The notes beneath the pieces were generated by a model. That model saw nothing but the letters and a program-made list of their open reading frames with translations, did not search any database and was not told where the DNA came from. Position numbers and translations under genes: made by a program. A DNA stretch of 64,000 nucleotides from Maricaulis sp. (lineage in GTDB: Bacteria > Pseudomonadota > Alphaproteobacteria > Caulobacterales > Maricaulaceae). Shown here one piece after another: positions 1-9,721 of this stretch (the stretch's first letter is position 1; every line of letters begins with the position of its first letter). Where the stretch lies: NCBI GenBank assembly GCA_042095695.1, contig JBELMP010000001.1, forward strand, positions 50,642-114,641. The letters are read 5' to 3'.

Positions 1-137
1 CAGAAATCGGCCATGGTGGAACGGCCGACCAGGTTGGTATGCGCATTTGTCGTTTCCAGCATGTCGCGCCAGGTCTCGAATTTCGCCAGTGTTTCACGTG
101 AAACATTGTTCCGGCGGGCGAACGCATCCGGCGACAT
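1..137 (-). CDS. rsmG: 16S rRNA m7G527 methyltransferase RsmG/GidB, 5' part (runs off window)
   Basis: ATG overlaps the mnmG stop (TGATG). Hand translation gives [41 protein letters not shown], with the alphaproteobacterial VSRET...NLV pattern. Lies directly downstream of mnmG. Confidence 0.9.
   Translation of the reverse strand, partial: MSPDAFARRNNVSRETLAKFETWRDMLETTNAHTNLVGRSTMADF
90..105. promoter_or_regulatory. parS centromere site (ParB binding)
   Basis: Perfect palindrome TGTTTCACGTGAAACA inside rsmG. Confidence 0.93.
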
Positions 138-1996
138 CAGCTGGCTTCCTTCCGTCTGCGTTTGACATGCGCCAGAACCGCCGTCAGCGCACCCGGTGTC
201 ACGCCCTCAATCCGCGAGGCCTGACCGAGTGTTTCCGGACGCGTCCGTTCGAGTTTCTCCCGCGCCTCATTCGACAGACCGCCAACAGCGCCATAGTCGA
301 AATCCACGGGAATCCGCACTGCCTCATCGCGCCGGAATGCGAGAATATCCGACTGCTGACGGTCCAGATAACCGGCATAAAGAGCATCAATCTCGATTTG
401 TTCAGCGATGTCCACGGAAAGGTCTGAGAGCTCGGGCCAGACCGCGCACAGCCGGGCCCAATCAATATCCGGATAGGCCAGGAGGGCAGAGACCGTCCGC
501 CGCTTGCCATCCTGATTGACACTCAGACCCTGCTGTTTTGCTTCCGGAGGCGTCAGGCTGAGCTTCTCCACCTGTGCCCGGGCATCGCTCAGCGCCTGCA
601 TTTTCGCTTCGAACCGCGCCTTGCGCTCCGGACCGGCCAGACCGATCTCGATCGCCAATGGTGTCAGGCGCTGATCCGCATTGTCCGCGCGCAGGGTCAG
701 ACGGTATTCCGCCCGCGAGGTGAACATGCGATAGGGCTCACTCACGCCGCGTGTGATCAGATCGTCAATCATCACACCGATATAGGCTTGCGACCGGGAC
801 AGAATGACCGGGTCTTGAGATCTCGCTGCGCGAGCCGCATTCAGCCCGGCCATCAAGCCCTGGGCTGCCGCCTCCTCATAACCGGTCGTGCCATTGATCT
901 GGCCGGCCAGCCAAAGTCCGGTCAGCTTGCGGACCTGCAGGCTCCCATCCAACTCCCTGGGATCGACATAATCATACTCGATCGCATAGCCGAAACGGAT
1001 CACCTCGACATTTGCGAGACCGGGCATTGTACGCAGGAATTTATCCTGGACATCCGCGGGCAGGGAGGACGAAATCCCGTTTGGATAAACCGTATCATCC
1101 TCCAGCCCCTCAGGCTCGAGAAAGACCTGATGGCTGGTCCGGTCAGCAAAGCGCTGAACCTTGTCCTCGATAGACGGGCAATAGCGCGGACCGCGGCCCG
1201 CAATCGCTCCGCTATAAACCGCAGACCGGCTGAGATTGTCGGCAATGATCTTATGCGTCTCTTCTGTCGTGCGAGAGATGGCACAACTGATCTGAGGAAC
1301 CTCGATCCGCTCGGTCAGGAATGAAAACGGGACCGGATCCGCATCGGCCGGCTGTTGTTCAAGCGCATCCCAGTCAATCGTGGATTTACGCAGGCGCGCG
1401 GGTGTTCCGGTTTTCAGCCGGCCCATATCAAGGCCAAGAATGTAAAGCCGGTCAGACAGCCCCACGGATGGCGCCTCATCAACCCGGCCTGCCGGGATGC
1501 GATCCTCGCCCTGGTGGATCATGCCTTTGAGGAATGTCCCGGTCGTCAAAACGACTGCCCGGGCCCGATAGGTCTTGCCGGTCGCATCAATCACGCCGCG
1601 ACACACGCCTGCCTCAACAACGAGATCCTCAACTGCCGCAGATTCAATCGTCAGATTGGCCGTGGAAGCGAGCTCGGCTTGCATGGCCTCTCGATAGAGC
1701 TTGCGATCAGACTGCGTCCGCGGACCCCTAACCGCCGGCCCCTTTGAACGATTGAGCAGCCGGAATTGTATGCCGGACGCGTCCGCGATCCGGCCCATAA
1801 TCCCGTCCAGCGCATCAATCTCACGAACCAGATGCCCTTTTCCGAGCCCGCCAATCGCCGGGTTACAGGACATTTCGCCGATCGTATCGCGCTTATGGGT
1901 CAGCAGAAGGGTTTGAGCGCCGGCACGCGCCGACGCCGCCGCAGCCTCACAGCCCGCATGCCCACCGCCAATTATGATGACATCCCAATCGGTCAC
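137..1996 (-). CDS. mnmG: tRNA uridine-5-carboxymethylaminomethyl modification enzyme MnmG/GidA
   Basis: [30 protein letters not shown] and [16 protein letters not shown] motifs. Confidence 0.98.
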   Translation of the reverse strand: MTDWDVIIIGGGHAGCEAAAASARAGAQTLLLTHKRDTIGEMSCNPAIGGLGKGHLVREIDALDGIMGRIADASGIQFRLLNRSKGPAVRGPRTQSDRKLYREAMQAELASTANLTIESAAVEDLVVEAGVCRGVIDATGKTYRARAVVLTTGTFLKGMIHQGEDRIPAGRVDEAPSVGLSDRLYILGLDMGRLKTGTPARLRKSTIDWDALEQQPADADPVPFSFLTERIEVPQISCAISRTTEETHKIIADNLSRSAVYSGAIAGRGPRYCPSIEDKVQRFADRTSHQVFLEPEGLEDDTVYPNGISSSLPADVQDKFLRTMPGLANVEVIRFGYAIEYDYVDPRELDGSLQVRKLTGLWLAGQINGTTGYEEAAAQGLMAGLNAARAARSQDPVILSRSQAYIGVMIDDLITRGVSEPYRMFTSRAEYRLTLRADNADQRLTPLAIEIGLAGPERKARFEAKMQALSDARAQVEKLSLTPPEAKQQGLSVNQDGKRRTVSALLAYPDIDWARLCAVWPELSDLSVDIAEQIEIDALYAGYLDRQQSDILAFRRDEAVRIPVDFDYGAVGGLSNEAREKLERTRPETLGQASRIEGVTPGALTAVLAHVKRRRKEAS

Positions 1997-2087
1997 GTTT
2001 CACCAGGATCTGGACCGGATAATCCGGCTAAACAGGAGGGCGGTTACATAATGCCAGCCCGGTCCCGTGTCGAGGGCCCGTGGATAA

Positions 2088-2103
2088 TGTTTCACGTGAA
2101 ACA
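2088..2103. promoter_or_regulatory. parS centromere site
   Basis: Perfect TGTTTCACGTGAAACA in the mnmE-mnmG intergenic region, abutting an 8/9 DnaA box CGTGGATAA (2079-2087). Confidence 0.93.
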
Positions 2104-2118
2104 GTCGATGACCGGCCG

Positions 2119-3435
2119 CTACTTGCCGATACAGAACTGGCTGAAGACCACGTCGAGAATATCTTCAACATCGACACGGCCCGTCAGGCTTTCCAGGGCG
2201 CGCACGGCAAGACGGGCATCCTCCCCGGCGAGTTCGGGCGCATCAACCAGATTCTCCAATGCCCGGACGAGGCCCGACATGGCCTGCTCAACAGCTTTGC
2301 GATGCCGCGCCCGCGACAGGGCGGGCGTCTCTCGCGCCGATAAACGCGACCGGACCACATCCTCAATCCGGGACTCGAGCGCCGACACACCATCCCCGGA
2401 CTTGGCACTGAGCCGATACGCACCATCGGAGTCCGCTTCCGGCGCGAGATCGAGCTTGTTCAGAACCAGGAGATCATCATCCTTCAGCCGACCCTGCAGA
2501 TCGACCAGCTCGTCACGCGACCGCGCATCCGCCACTCCGATGCGAAGATCGGCCTCCACCGCCCGGTCCAGGGCCCGGCGCACACCCTCGGCCTCGACCG
2601 CGTCTACCGCTTCACGCAGACCCGCCGTGTCAGAGATAATCACCGGGAAACCGGCCATGGTGACGCGGACCTCGATAATATCGCGGGTGGTTCCGGGAAT
2701 ATCCGTCACAATGGCCGCATCCCGGCGTGCCAGGCGGTTCAGCAGTGAGGACTTTCCCGCATTCGGCGCACCAATCAGAGCAATCGTAAAGCCCGACCGT
2801 ATCCGCTCTCCGCGATGGGCGTCATCGAGATGGAGCTGCATGCTCTCGATCAGATTGGCCAGGGGATGATAGGCGCGATGGGAGAGCGCGTCCGGCACAT
2901 CCGCTTCATCGGGAAAATCAATCTCGCCCTCGATCGATGCCAGCGCGGCAATCAGATCCCGGCGCCAGCCTTCATAAACACTGCGCAGCGCGCCGGACAT
3001 CTGGGCGAGCGCCTGCAGTCTCTGCCCCTCGGTCTCGGCATCGATGAGGTCGGCCAAGCCTTCCGCCTCGGTGAGATCGAGCCGACCATTTTCAAAGGCG
3101 CGGCGTGTGAACTCGCCCGGCTCCGCCGGAATACCGCCCGCCTCATCCACAGCATCGAGTACGGATTCGATAACCGCCAGCCCGCCATGAACATGAAGCT
3201 CGACCATGGTTTCGCCAGTGAAGCTGGCCGGCCCGGGAAAATACAGCACCAGGGCTTCATCCAGGGGCAGGCCCGCCTCATCACGCAAGGTTCGCAATAC
3301 GGCCCGCCGCGCCGGCGGGGTCGGACGTCCTGTCAGGGTGACCAGGATTCCGCCCGCATAATCGCCAGATATGCGGATTATCGCGACGCCCGACTGACCC
3401 GGTGCCGTTGAAAGAGCATAAATTGTTGTATTCAA
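2119..3435 (-). CDS. mnmE: tRNA modification GTPase MnmE/TrmE
   Basis: GAPNAGKSS, PGTTRD, DTAGLR, NKLD and C-terminal FCIGK. Confidence 0.98.
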   Translation of the reverse strand: MNTTIYALSTAPGQSGVAIIRISGDYAGGILVTLTGRPTPPARRAVLRTLRDEAGLPLDEALVLYFPGPASFTGETMVELHVHGGLAVIESVLDAVDEAGGIPAEPGEFTRRAFENGRLDLTEAEGLADLIDAETEGQRLQALAQMSGALRSVYEGWRRDLIAALASIEGEIDFPDEADVPDALSHRAYHPLANLIESMQLHLDDAHRGERIRSGFTIALIGAPNAGKSSLLNRLARRDAAIVTDIPGTTRDIIEVRVTMAGFPVIISDTAGLREAVDAVEAEGVRRALDRAVEADLRIGVADARSRDELVDLQGRLKDDDLLVLNKLDLAPEADSDGAYRLSAKSGDGVSALESRIEDVVRSRLSARETPALSRARHRKAVEQAMSGLVRALENLVDAPELAGEDARLAVRALESLTGRVDVEDILDVVFSQFCIGK

Positions 3436-3684
3436 TTACTTTTTCGCCGTTGTCGTGGGATTTCCTGCCGCTGTACGCATCAGGGTCATGAAATGATCCG
3501 TCATCTGTCCGCCAAAGGCCGACCATTGCCGCATCAATGCTTCAGGCTCCATGGATTCCATATTGGCCTCCATACGCTTGATCATTTCCTCGACCATGCG
3601 CTCATTGACCGGGCCAACATCCGGCAGGCCCAGAAAGCTGCGCGCCTCCTCCGGAGAACATTCGATATCGATATTGACCTTCAT
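3436..3684 (-). CDS. Small conserved protein (DUF6489-like)
   Basis: N-terminal MKVNIDIECSPEEARSFLGLPDV pattern; stop codon abuts the mnmE start. Confidence 0.75.
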   Translation of the reverse strand: MKVNIDIECSPEEARSFLGLPDVGPVNERMVEEMIKRMEANMESMEPEALMRQWSAFGGQMTDHFMTLMRTAAGNPTTTAKK

Positions 3685-3737
3685 TTTTGCCTCGCTGAGT
3701 GCTTAGTCTTTCATCACCCAGTCAATAGGAGCCCGCC

Positions 3738-4436
3738 ATGCCCGGTCAAGACATCCAGATTCACGGACAGGATGGAGAATTCTCTGCCTATCTGGCCCTG
3801 CCCCCCAGCGGTAAAGGTCCAGCCATTGTCGCCCTGCAGGAAATCTTTGGCGTCAATGACGTCATGCGCGGACATTGCGACCGCCTGGCAGAGGCCGGAT
3901 TCGTCGCGATTTGCCCCGACCTCTTCTGGCGGATTGAGCCAGGCATCCAGATCAGCGACAAGACAGATGCAGAGCTTCAGCGCGCCTTCGAACTCTTCGG
4001 TCTGTATGATGTCGACACGGGCATGAGCGATATCGCTGCGACGATTGACTTCATCCGCACTCATGAAGCCTCAAATGGCAAGGTTGGCGCCGTCGGCTAC
4101 TGCCTGGGCGGGCTACTCGCCTATCTCACCGCCTGCCATACCAGCAGCGATGCGACAGTCGGCTATTATGGCGTTTCCATCCAGGACCGTCTCGCCGATT
4201 CCGGCTCGATCAAGAAACCCCTGCTTCTGCATATTGCCGGGCAGGATGAATTTGTTCCGCCGGCAGCGCAGGCGGCCATGCATGAAGGGCTGGACGGTCA
4301 TGCCCTCGTCACCCTGCATGATTATCCGGACATGGATCACGCTTTCGCGCGAACGGATGGACGGCATTTCAATGCCGAGCAAGCGCATATCGCCGATACA
4401 CGCTCACTGGCGTTTTTCAAAACCCACCTGGCCTAG
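3738..4436 (+). CDS. Dienelactone hydrolase family protein
   Basis: QEIFGVN, GYCLGG nucleophile elbow, HAF. Confidence 0.93.
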   Translation: MPGQDIQIHGQDGEFSAYLALPPSGKGPAIVALQEIFGVNDVMRGHCDRLAEAGFVAICPDLFWRIEPGIQISDKTDAELQRAFELFGLYDVDTGMSDIAATIDFIRTHEASNGKVGAVGYCLGGLLAYLTACHTSSDATVGYYGVSIQDRLADSGSIKKPLLLHIAGQDEFVPPAAQAAMHEGLDGHALVTLHDYPDMDHAFARTDGRHFNAEQAHIADTRSLAFFKTHLA

Positions 4437-5068
4437 TCCGCCATGGCAGCAGCCCAGCCGGGGCGCGCTGCGAGACGGTCGAAATAAGCTTTAAGATTGT
4501 CTGGCGGGTTTTCGAACTGCCGGACAATCTTGAGCAGGTAGAGCATATACATGATGGAGATGTCGGCAGCGGTGAATTTACCGCCTGCGACATAGTCCCG
4601 ATCGCCGAGGGCGTCCTCGGACAGGACACTCAGCAGCTTGTCGGTCTCATAACCGGCCCAGGCCGCCATATCGGCGTTACGCCTTTCCTTGGGCAAAAGC
4701 GCCGTATGACCCACCAGCATGCTGACCGGCATGATCATGCCCGCCTCGCCAAAATGCAGGTATTGCAGATAGCGTCCATATTCAGGATCATCAGGATCCA
4801 GGGCGAGATCACCAGACCCGTAGCGGTTCATGATGTATTCCATGATCGCAAGAGACTCGCAGATAATCTGATCGCCATGAACAAGCGCAGGAACCTTGCG
4901 CAAGGGATTGATCCGGGCATAGGCCTCATCGCCGAAGGGCCGCGTATCGGACTTCACCACTTCAATCTTGTAGGGCAGGCCCAGCTCTTCCATCAGCCAG
5001 CGCACCCGGATCGAGCGCGTATGGGCTGCGTGATAGAGAATGAGATCCGGTTTGGAATTATCGACCAT
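4433..5068 (-). CDS. Glutathione S-transferase family protein
   Basis: RSIRVRW, NPLRKVPAL, ESLAI, FTAADI motifs. Confidence 0.93.
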   Translation of the reverse strand: MVDNSKPDLILYHAAHTRSIRVRWLMEELGLPYKIEVVKSDTRPFGDEAYARINPLRKVPALVHGDQIICESLAIMEYIMNRYGSGDLALDPDDPEYGRYLQYLHFGEAGMIMPVSMLVGHTALLPKERRNADMAAWAGYETDKLLSVLSEDALGDRDYVAGGKFTAADISIMYMLYLLKIVRQFENPPDNLKAYFDRLAARPGWAAAMAD

Positions 5069-5125
5069 GTGACTCCCCTTTTTTATGAGGCGACACCAAA
5101 ACCGGTTTCCGTTCGGGTTTGAAGC

Positions 5126-5156
5126 AAAAAAAGCCGCATGCGAGGCATACGGCTTT
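5126..5156 (-). terminator. Intrinsic terminator downstream of rho
   Basis: AAAGCCG...CGGCTTT hairpin with an A-run on + (U-tract on -). Confidence 0.7.
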
Positions 5157-5185
5157 CCTTGTTCGATTATCTGATCGCCAGGATG

Positions 5186-6490
5186 TCAGGTATTCATCGA
5201 GTCGAAGAAATCATCATTGGTCTTGGTCTGGCGCAGCTTGTCGAGCAGGAACTCGATCGCATCCTGGGCCCCCATCGGATTGAGGATACGGCGCAGGACA
5301 TACATTTTCTGCAACTGGATCCGGTCGACCAGGAGCTCTTCCTTACGCGTCCCGGATTTGAGGATATCAATGGCCGGGAAGACCCGCTTGTCGGCGACCT
5401 TGCGGTCGAGCACGACCTCGGAATTACCGGTGCCCTTGAATTCCTCGAAGATGACCTCATCCATGCGCGATCCGGTATCAATCAGCGCGGTGGCGATAAT
5501 GGTCAGCGAGCCGCCATTCTCGATATTGCGGGCGGCACCGAAGAAACGTTTGGGCCGCTGCAGGGCGTTGGCATCCACACCGCCGGTCAGGACCTTGCCG
5601 GAACTCGGCACGACCGTGTTATAGGCGCGGCCCAGGCGGGTGATGGAATCCAGCAGGATCACCACATCGCGGCCGTGCTCAACCAGACGCTTGGCTTTTT
5701 CGATCACCATTTCGGCAACCTGGACGTGGCGCGTTGCCGGCTCGTCAAAGGTTGAGGAGATCACTTCGCCCTTCACCGTGCGCTGCATGTCGGTGACTTC
5801 CTCAGGCCGCTCATCGATGAGCAGGACCATGAGATAACAGTCCGGGTGATTGGTCTCGATCGCATGAGCGATATTCTGCAGTAAAACGGTTTTACCGGTG
5901 CGCGGCGGCGCCACGATCAGCCCCCGCTGGCCCTTGCCAAGCGGGGAAACGATATCGATCACCCGGCCGGAGCGATCCTTAACGGTCGGATCCGGCTGCT
6001 CAATGACAAACCGGCTTTCAGGGTAAAGCGGGGTAAGATTGTCGAAATGGACTTTGTGGCGCGCCGATTCGGGATCCTGGAAATTGATCGAACTGACCTT
6101 GAGAAGGGCGAAATAGCGTTCCCCATCCCGCGGGCTGCGGATTTCACCTTCCACCGTATCGCCAGTGCGCAGACCGAATTTGCGGATCTGCGTCGGTGAT
6201 ACATAGATATCGTCCGGACCGGCGAGATAGTTGGATTCCGGCGAGCGCAAGAAGCCGAACCCGTCCTGCAGCACTTCCAGCACACCGCCGCCATGAATTT
6301 CCACACCCTTTTCGGCGCAGGCCTTGAGGATGGCGAACATCATGCCCTGTTTTCGCAGGGATGAGGCGTTCTCAATCTCCAGAGCTTCGGCGAATTCGAG
6401 CAATTCGGTCGCCTTCTTCTCCTTGAGATCCTGGAGAGTCATACGCTCTATGCCGGAAAGCAGCGCGGGAAGGACATTGTCTTCGGTCAT
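5186..6490 (-). CDS. rho: Transcription termination factor Rho
   Basis: [30 protein letters not shown]. Start moved from the ORF-track 6676 to ATG 6490 (MTEDN); the exact start is uncertain. Confidence 0.97.
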   Translation of the reverse strand: MTEDNVLPALLSGIERMTLQDLKEKKATELLEFAEALEIENASSLRKQGMMFAILKACAEKGVEIHGGGVLEVLQDGFGFLRSPESNYLAGPDDIYVSPTQIRKFGLRTGDTVEGEIRSPRDGERYFALLKVSSINFQDPESARHKVHFDNLTPLYPESRFVIEQPDPTVKDRSGRVIDIVSPLGKGQRGLIVAPPRTGKTVLLQNIAHAIETNHPDCYLMVLLIDERPEEVTDMQRTVKGEVISSTFDEPATRHVQVAEMVIEKAKRLVEHGRDVVILLDSITRLGRAYNTVVPSSGKVLTGGVDANALQRPKRFFGAARNIENGGSLTIIATALIDTGSRMDEVIFEEFKGTGNSEVVLDRKVADKRVFPAIDILKSGTRKEELLVDRIQLQKMYVLRRILNPMGAQDAIEFLLDKLRQTKTNDDFFDSMNT

Positions 6491-6716
6491 GATCAAATCA
6501 ACACATGAAATATGGAATGACATCCCGGAAGCGGGATGTTTTCGGTCTAGCAAGGACGATGCCGGATTTCGGAGCGGCACGATGTCGAGTTCGGAACTTG
6601 GCTGATGGCGGTGCGCGTCGCACTCGGCTGCCAAGACAGGAAGGTCTCTTTTCAGGAGTCGTTTTGTCCTTGCCACTTCCCTTGATCGGGGTCAAGCGGC
6701 TTGGTCGTCACAAACT

Positions 6717-7172
6717 CTATCGGAGTGCGACGACAGCGATAAGGACGATGCCGATTGCCGCCAAAAAGGGCAGTTCATTCAGGATCCGATAGCGCCGGTC
6801 GGGCCAGTCATTCGTGCCGGCCTGGAAATGTTTAAAGCGCAGGGCAAAGACATGATGCAAACCGGTCATCACACTGATCAGGAGGAATTTTCCAGCCCAG
6901 GCCCAGCTCAGGAAAATCTCCCAGCCGCCTGCCCGTTCGGCATTCGACCAGACCAGCAAGAGCCCGAAGATCCAGGTCGCGATCATGGCCGGGTTCATAA
7001 TGATTTTGAGCAGGCGTTCTTCCTGGAGTTTCAGGGTTTCATCCAGCTCCCCGCCGGGCTGCGCCGAACAATGATAAACAAACAGGCGCGGCAGGTAGAG
7101 CAGACCCGCCATCCAGGCAATCACTGCGAGGATGTGGAAGGCGCGAAACCAGTCATACCCGTCCAGGATCAT
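6717..7172 (-). CDS. hemJ: Protoporphyrinogen oxidase HemJ
   Basis: AFHILAVIAWMAGLLYLPRLFVYH and NELP motifs; follows hemH. Confidence 0.93.
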   Translation of the reverse strand: MILDGYDWFRAFHILAVIAWMAGLLYLPRLFVYHCSAQPGGELDETLKLQEERLLKIIMNPAMIATWIFGLLLVWSNAERAGGWEIFLSWAWAGKFLLISVMTGLHHVFALRFKHFQAGTNDWPDRRYRILNELPFLAAIGIVLIAVVALR

Positions 7173-7185
7173 CGCCTTACCCTTC

Positions 7186-8223
7186 CTAACCCGCCCGGCA
7201 GGGGCAGCGCCCGAATTGCGCGGGGCAGAGACGCTGGCCGCCACAGGCTGTAACCGCCTCATCGCGCCCGCGAGCCTCCTCAACCAGGCGCGCCAAGGCC
7301 TGGATAAACTTGGGATGATCGCCCAGGGCCGGGACACGGACATAGGTGTTTACGCCATGCTCCTCGGCCAGTTCCAGATATTCCTCATCAAGCTCGACCA
7401 GTGTCTCGATATGCTCGGACACAAAGGCGATCGGCGTCAGGATAATCCCCTTGCCATCGCGCGCAGCGCCTTCGATGGCGTCCTCGGTCGACGGGCCGAT
7501 CCATTCCAGCGGGCCAACACGGCTTTGATAGCAGACCTGCCATTCACCCAGCTCGGGCAGGTGTTTGGCTACGGCCGCACAGGTTTGTTCCACCTGCCAT
7601 TGATAAGGATCACCGCCATCCACAATCTTCTTGGGAAGACCATGTGCCGAAAACAGCAATCGGCAGTCATCCGGTCGCCCGGCATCCTGCCAGGCCTTGC
7701 GGATCAAGTCGGCATGGGCCTCGATGAAATCCTCTTGCAGCGGGTAGCAGCCCAGGGTCTTGGCAGCGCTGCCGCCGGCTTTTTCCCAGGCAGTCAGGGA
7801 AGAGCCGGTCGTCGTCGTGGAGAATTGCGGGTAGAGGGGCAGGAGAATGATCTCGTCGGCGCCCCAGTCCGCAACCTCTTGTGCCACATCCTCAACGAAG
7901 GGATGCCAGTAGCGCATCGCCGGCCAGAGGCGGAACTCGGTATCAGCATCCGCGGCTTCCAACACATCTTTCAATGCCGCGACCTGTTTTTTCGTCTCCG
8001 GCATGATCGGCGAACCGCCACCCATTTTGGCATAGTTTTCACGCGCCGACTTATCGCGGAGTGTCGAAATGAGCCAAGCGAGGGGTTCCCGAACAAAACC
8101 AGGCGCCTGGATGATCGCCGGATCGCGAAACAGGTTGCGCAGGAAAGGCCGTACCGCCTCCTGATTGTCAGGTCCGCCCAGATTGAACAGGACAATCGCC
8201 GTTTTCGTCATGGTCTCAGCCAC
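7186..8223 (-). CDS. hemH: Ferrochelatase
   Basis: NLGGP, LYPQFS, FSAHGLP, QSRVG, FVSEHIETLVELD; C-terminal Cys cluster. Confidence 0.97.
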   Translation of the reverse strand: MAETMTKTAIVLFNLGGPDNQEAVRPFLRNLFRDPAIIQAPGFVREPLAWLISTLRDKSARENYAKMGGGSPIMPETKKQVAALKDVLEAADADTEFRLWPAMRYWHPFVEDVAQEVADWGADEIILLPLYPQFSTTTTGSSLTAWEKAGGSAAKTLGCYPLQEDFIEAHADLIRKAWQDAGRPDDCRLLFSAHGLPKKIVDGGDPYQWQVEQTCAAVAKHLPELGEWQVCYQSRVGPLEWIGPSTEDAIEGAARDGKGIILTPIAFVSEHIETLVELDEEYLELAEEHGVNTYVRVPALGDHPKFIQALARLVEEARGRDEAVTACGGQRLCPAQFGRCPCRAG

Positions 8224-8248
8224 AGTCTTTCCCTCAGCCCTTATCGCT

Positions 8249-9283
8249 TCACCCGGTGCGCAAATGCCTCAGCAAGTCTTCGACATGGCTGACCGGCACG
8301 TCCGGTGTAATTCCGTGTCCGAGATTGAAAATATGGGGCCGACCCGCCCAGGCGTCCACGAGGCGACTGACTTCCGCTTTCAACGCGTCTCCACCGGCGC
8401 GAAGGGCAGCCGGATCCAGATGACCCTGAACCGGCATGCCCGCAGGCAGGTTGGCGTCCATCCACGCCGGATCCACGGCAGTGTCCAGCGCAATCGCGGT
8501 AATCCCCGTTTCACGGGCATAGAGCGGGTAAAGCGTTCCGGCGCCACGCGGGAAGCCGATAATCGGCACATCCACACCCGCTGCCCGAACCCGGTCAATA
8601 ATCCGCTTTGTCGGGCGGATAACCACACGTTCAAACAGGGGTTGAGGCAGGCCCTCTGCCCAGCTGTCGAAGAGTTTGAGCACCTCGGCACCCGCCTCGG
8701 CCTGCATGACGAGATAGTCGGCAGTGACATCGGCAATCCGGTCGAGCATGCCATCAAAAGCATCCGGATGGGCGTAGGCTGCAACGCGGGTGCGGAAACG
8801 GTCCTTTGATCCACCGCCCTCGACCATATAGGTCGCCACGGTCCAGGGTGAGCCGGCGAAGCCGATCAACGTGGTTGCCTCGGGCAGGTCTGCCTTGACG
8901 CGCCGCAGAGTTTCCGCGATCGGCGCCAGCGTTTCGCGGGTCTGGTCCAGGCGCAGGCTTTCGAATTCAAGAGGATCAAAGGGTTCGAGCTTGGGGCCTT
9001 CACCCGTCACGAACCAGACTTTTCGCCCCAGCGCGATCGGGACGAGAAGTATATCCGCAAACATGATGGATGCATCGAAGCCGAAGCGCTGAATGGGCTG
9101 GAGTGTCACCTCGGCAGCCAAGTCCGGAGAAAAGCAGAAATCGATGAAATTCTTCGCTCGGGCGCGAACTTCCCGATATTCAGCCAGATAACGCCCGGCC
9201 TGGCGCATCAGCCAGATCGGTGGCGGAGAAACGCGCTCGCCCTTGAGAACGTTCAGGATGGGTTTGGAAATCGAAGTGCTCAT
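8249..9283 (-). CDS. hemE: Uroporphyrinogen decarboxylase
   Basis: PIWLMRQAGRYL, GFAGSPWT, FNLGHGI. Confidence 0.98.
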   Translation of the reverse strand: MSTSISKPILNVLKGERVSPPPIWLMRQAGRYLAEYREVRARAKNFIDFCFSPDLAAEVTLQPIQRFGFDASIMFADILLVPIALGRKVWFVTGEGPKLEPFDPLEFESLRLDQTRETLAPIAETLRRVKADLPEATTLIGFAGSPWTVATYMVEGGGSKDRFRTRVAAYAHPDAFDGMLDRIADVTADYLVMQAEAGAEVLKLFDSWAEGLPQPLFERVVIRPTKRIIDRVRAAGVDVPIIGFPRGAGTLYPLYARETGITAIALDTAVDPAWMDANLPAGMPVQGHLDPAALRAGGDALKAEVSRLVDAWAGRPHIFNLGHGITPDVPVSHVEDLLRHLRTG

Positions 9284-9721
9284 ACTGCCTGATTAGGCAT
9301 GTCTGGCAGTTCAATCAATGCGTCCTTTTCATCCTATAAAAATAAGATCTTTAAAGAGTCGATATTGTTGTGCTGTGGGAAGGGTGGGAGAGTGGGTTTT
9401 CCTCAGTGTGGGAACTGAGTTTACCTGCCGATAAAAGACTTTTCCCGAACCCATGGATACTTCGGGATTACCTGAAAAAAACATTTAATATCATAATTTT
9501 GCCCAAGGCCAGATTGTGGGTAACACGGGGGTAAAATCGATGATTGAGTTCATAGCAAAATCGCTCCACATTCCTGTCCACACAGGGTCGCGATGTGGAT
9601 AAATATGTGGGTCAAACAGGGTATCTGCCCGGTTTACCCACATGCAGTTTGCCCGCCCCTGGCGATTGAGGAAAATCCCGGAAGTTATTAACAATTCGTA
9701 AACAGCTTATTGCGGGCCAGA
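9284..9721. other. Probable chromosomal replication origin (oriC/Cori-type)
   Basis: AT-rich intergenic region between hemE and the DUF299 gene, the Caulobacter Cori position. DnaA boxes: TGTGGATAA 9594-9602 (perfect), TGTGGGTAA 9515-9523, TTACCCACA 9634-9642, TGTGGGTCA 9606-9614, CTGTCCACA 9574-9582. AT-rich tract ~9326-9370. Confidence 0.85.
9688..9702 (+). promoter_or_regulatory. CtrA-like binding site in the origin
   Basis: TTAA-caattcg-TAAA, a 7/8 match to TTAA-N7-TTAA. Confidence 0.55.

Noticed and set aside
9361-9373. DnaA-trio-like repeat next to the box at 9374
   Set aside because: The TTG/TGT repeats lack the conserved central adenine on the expected strand.
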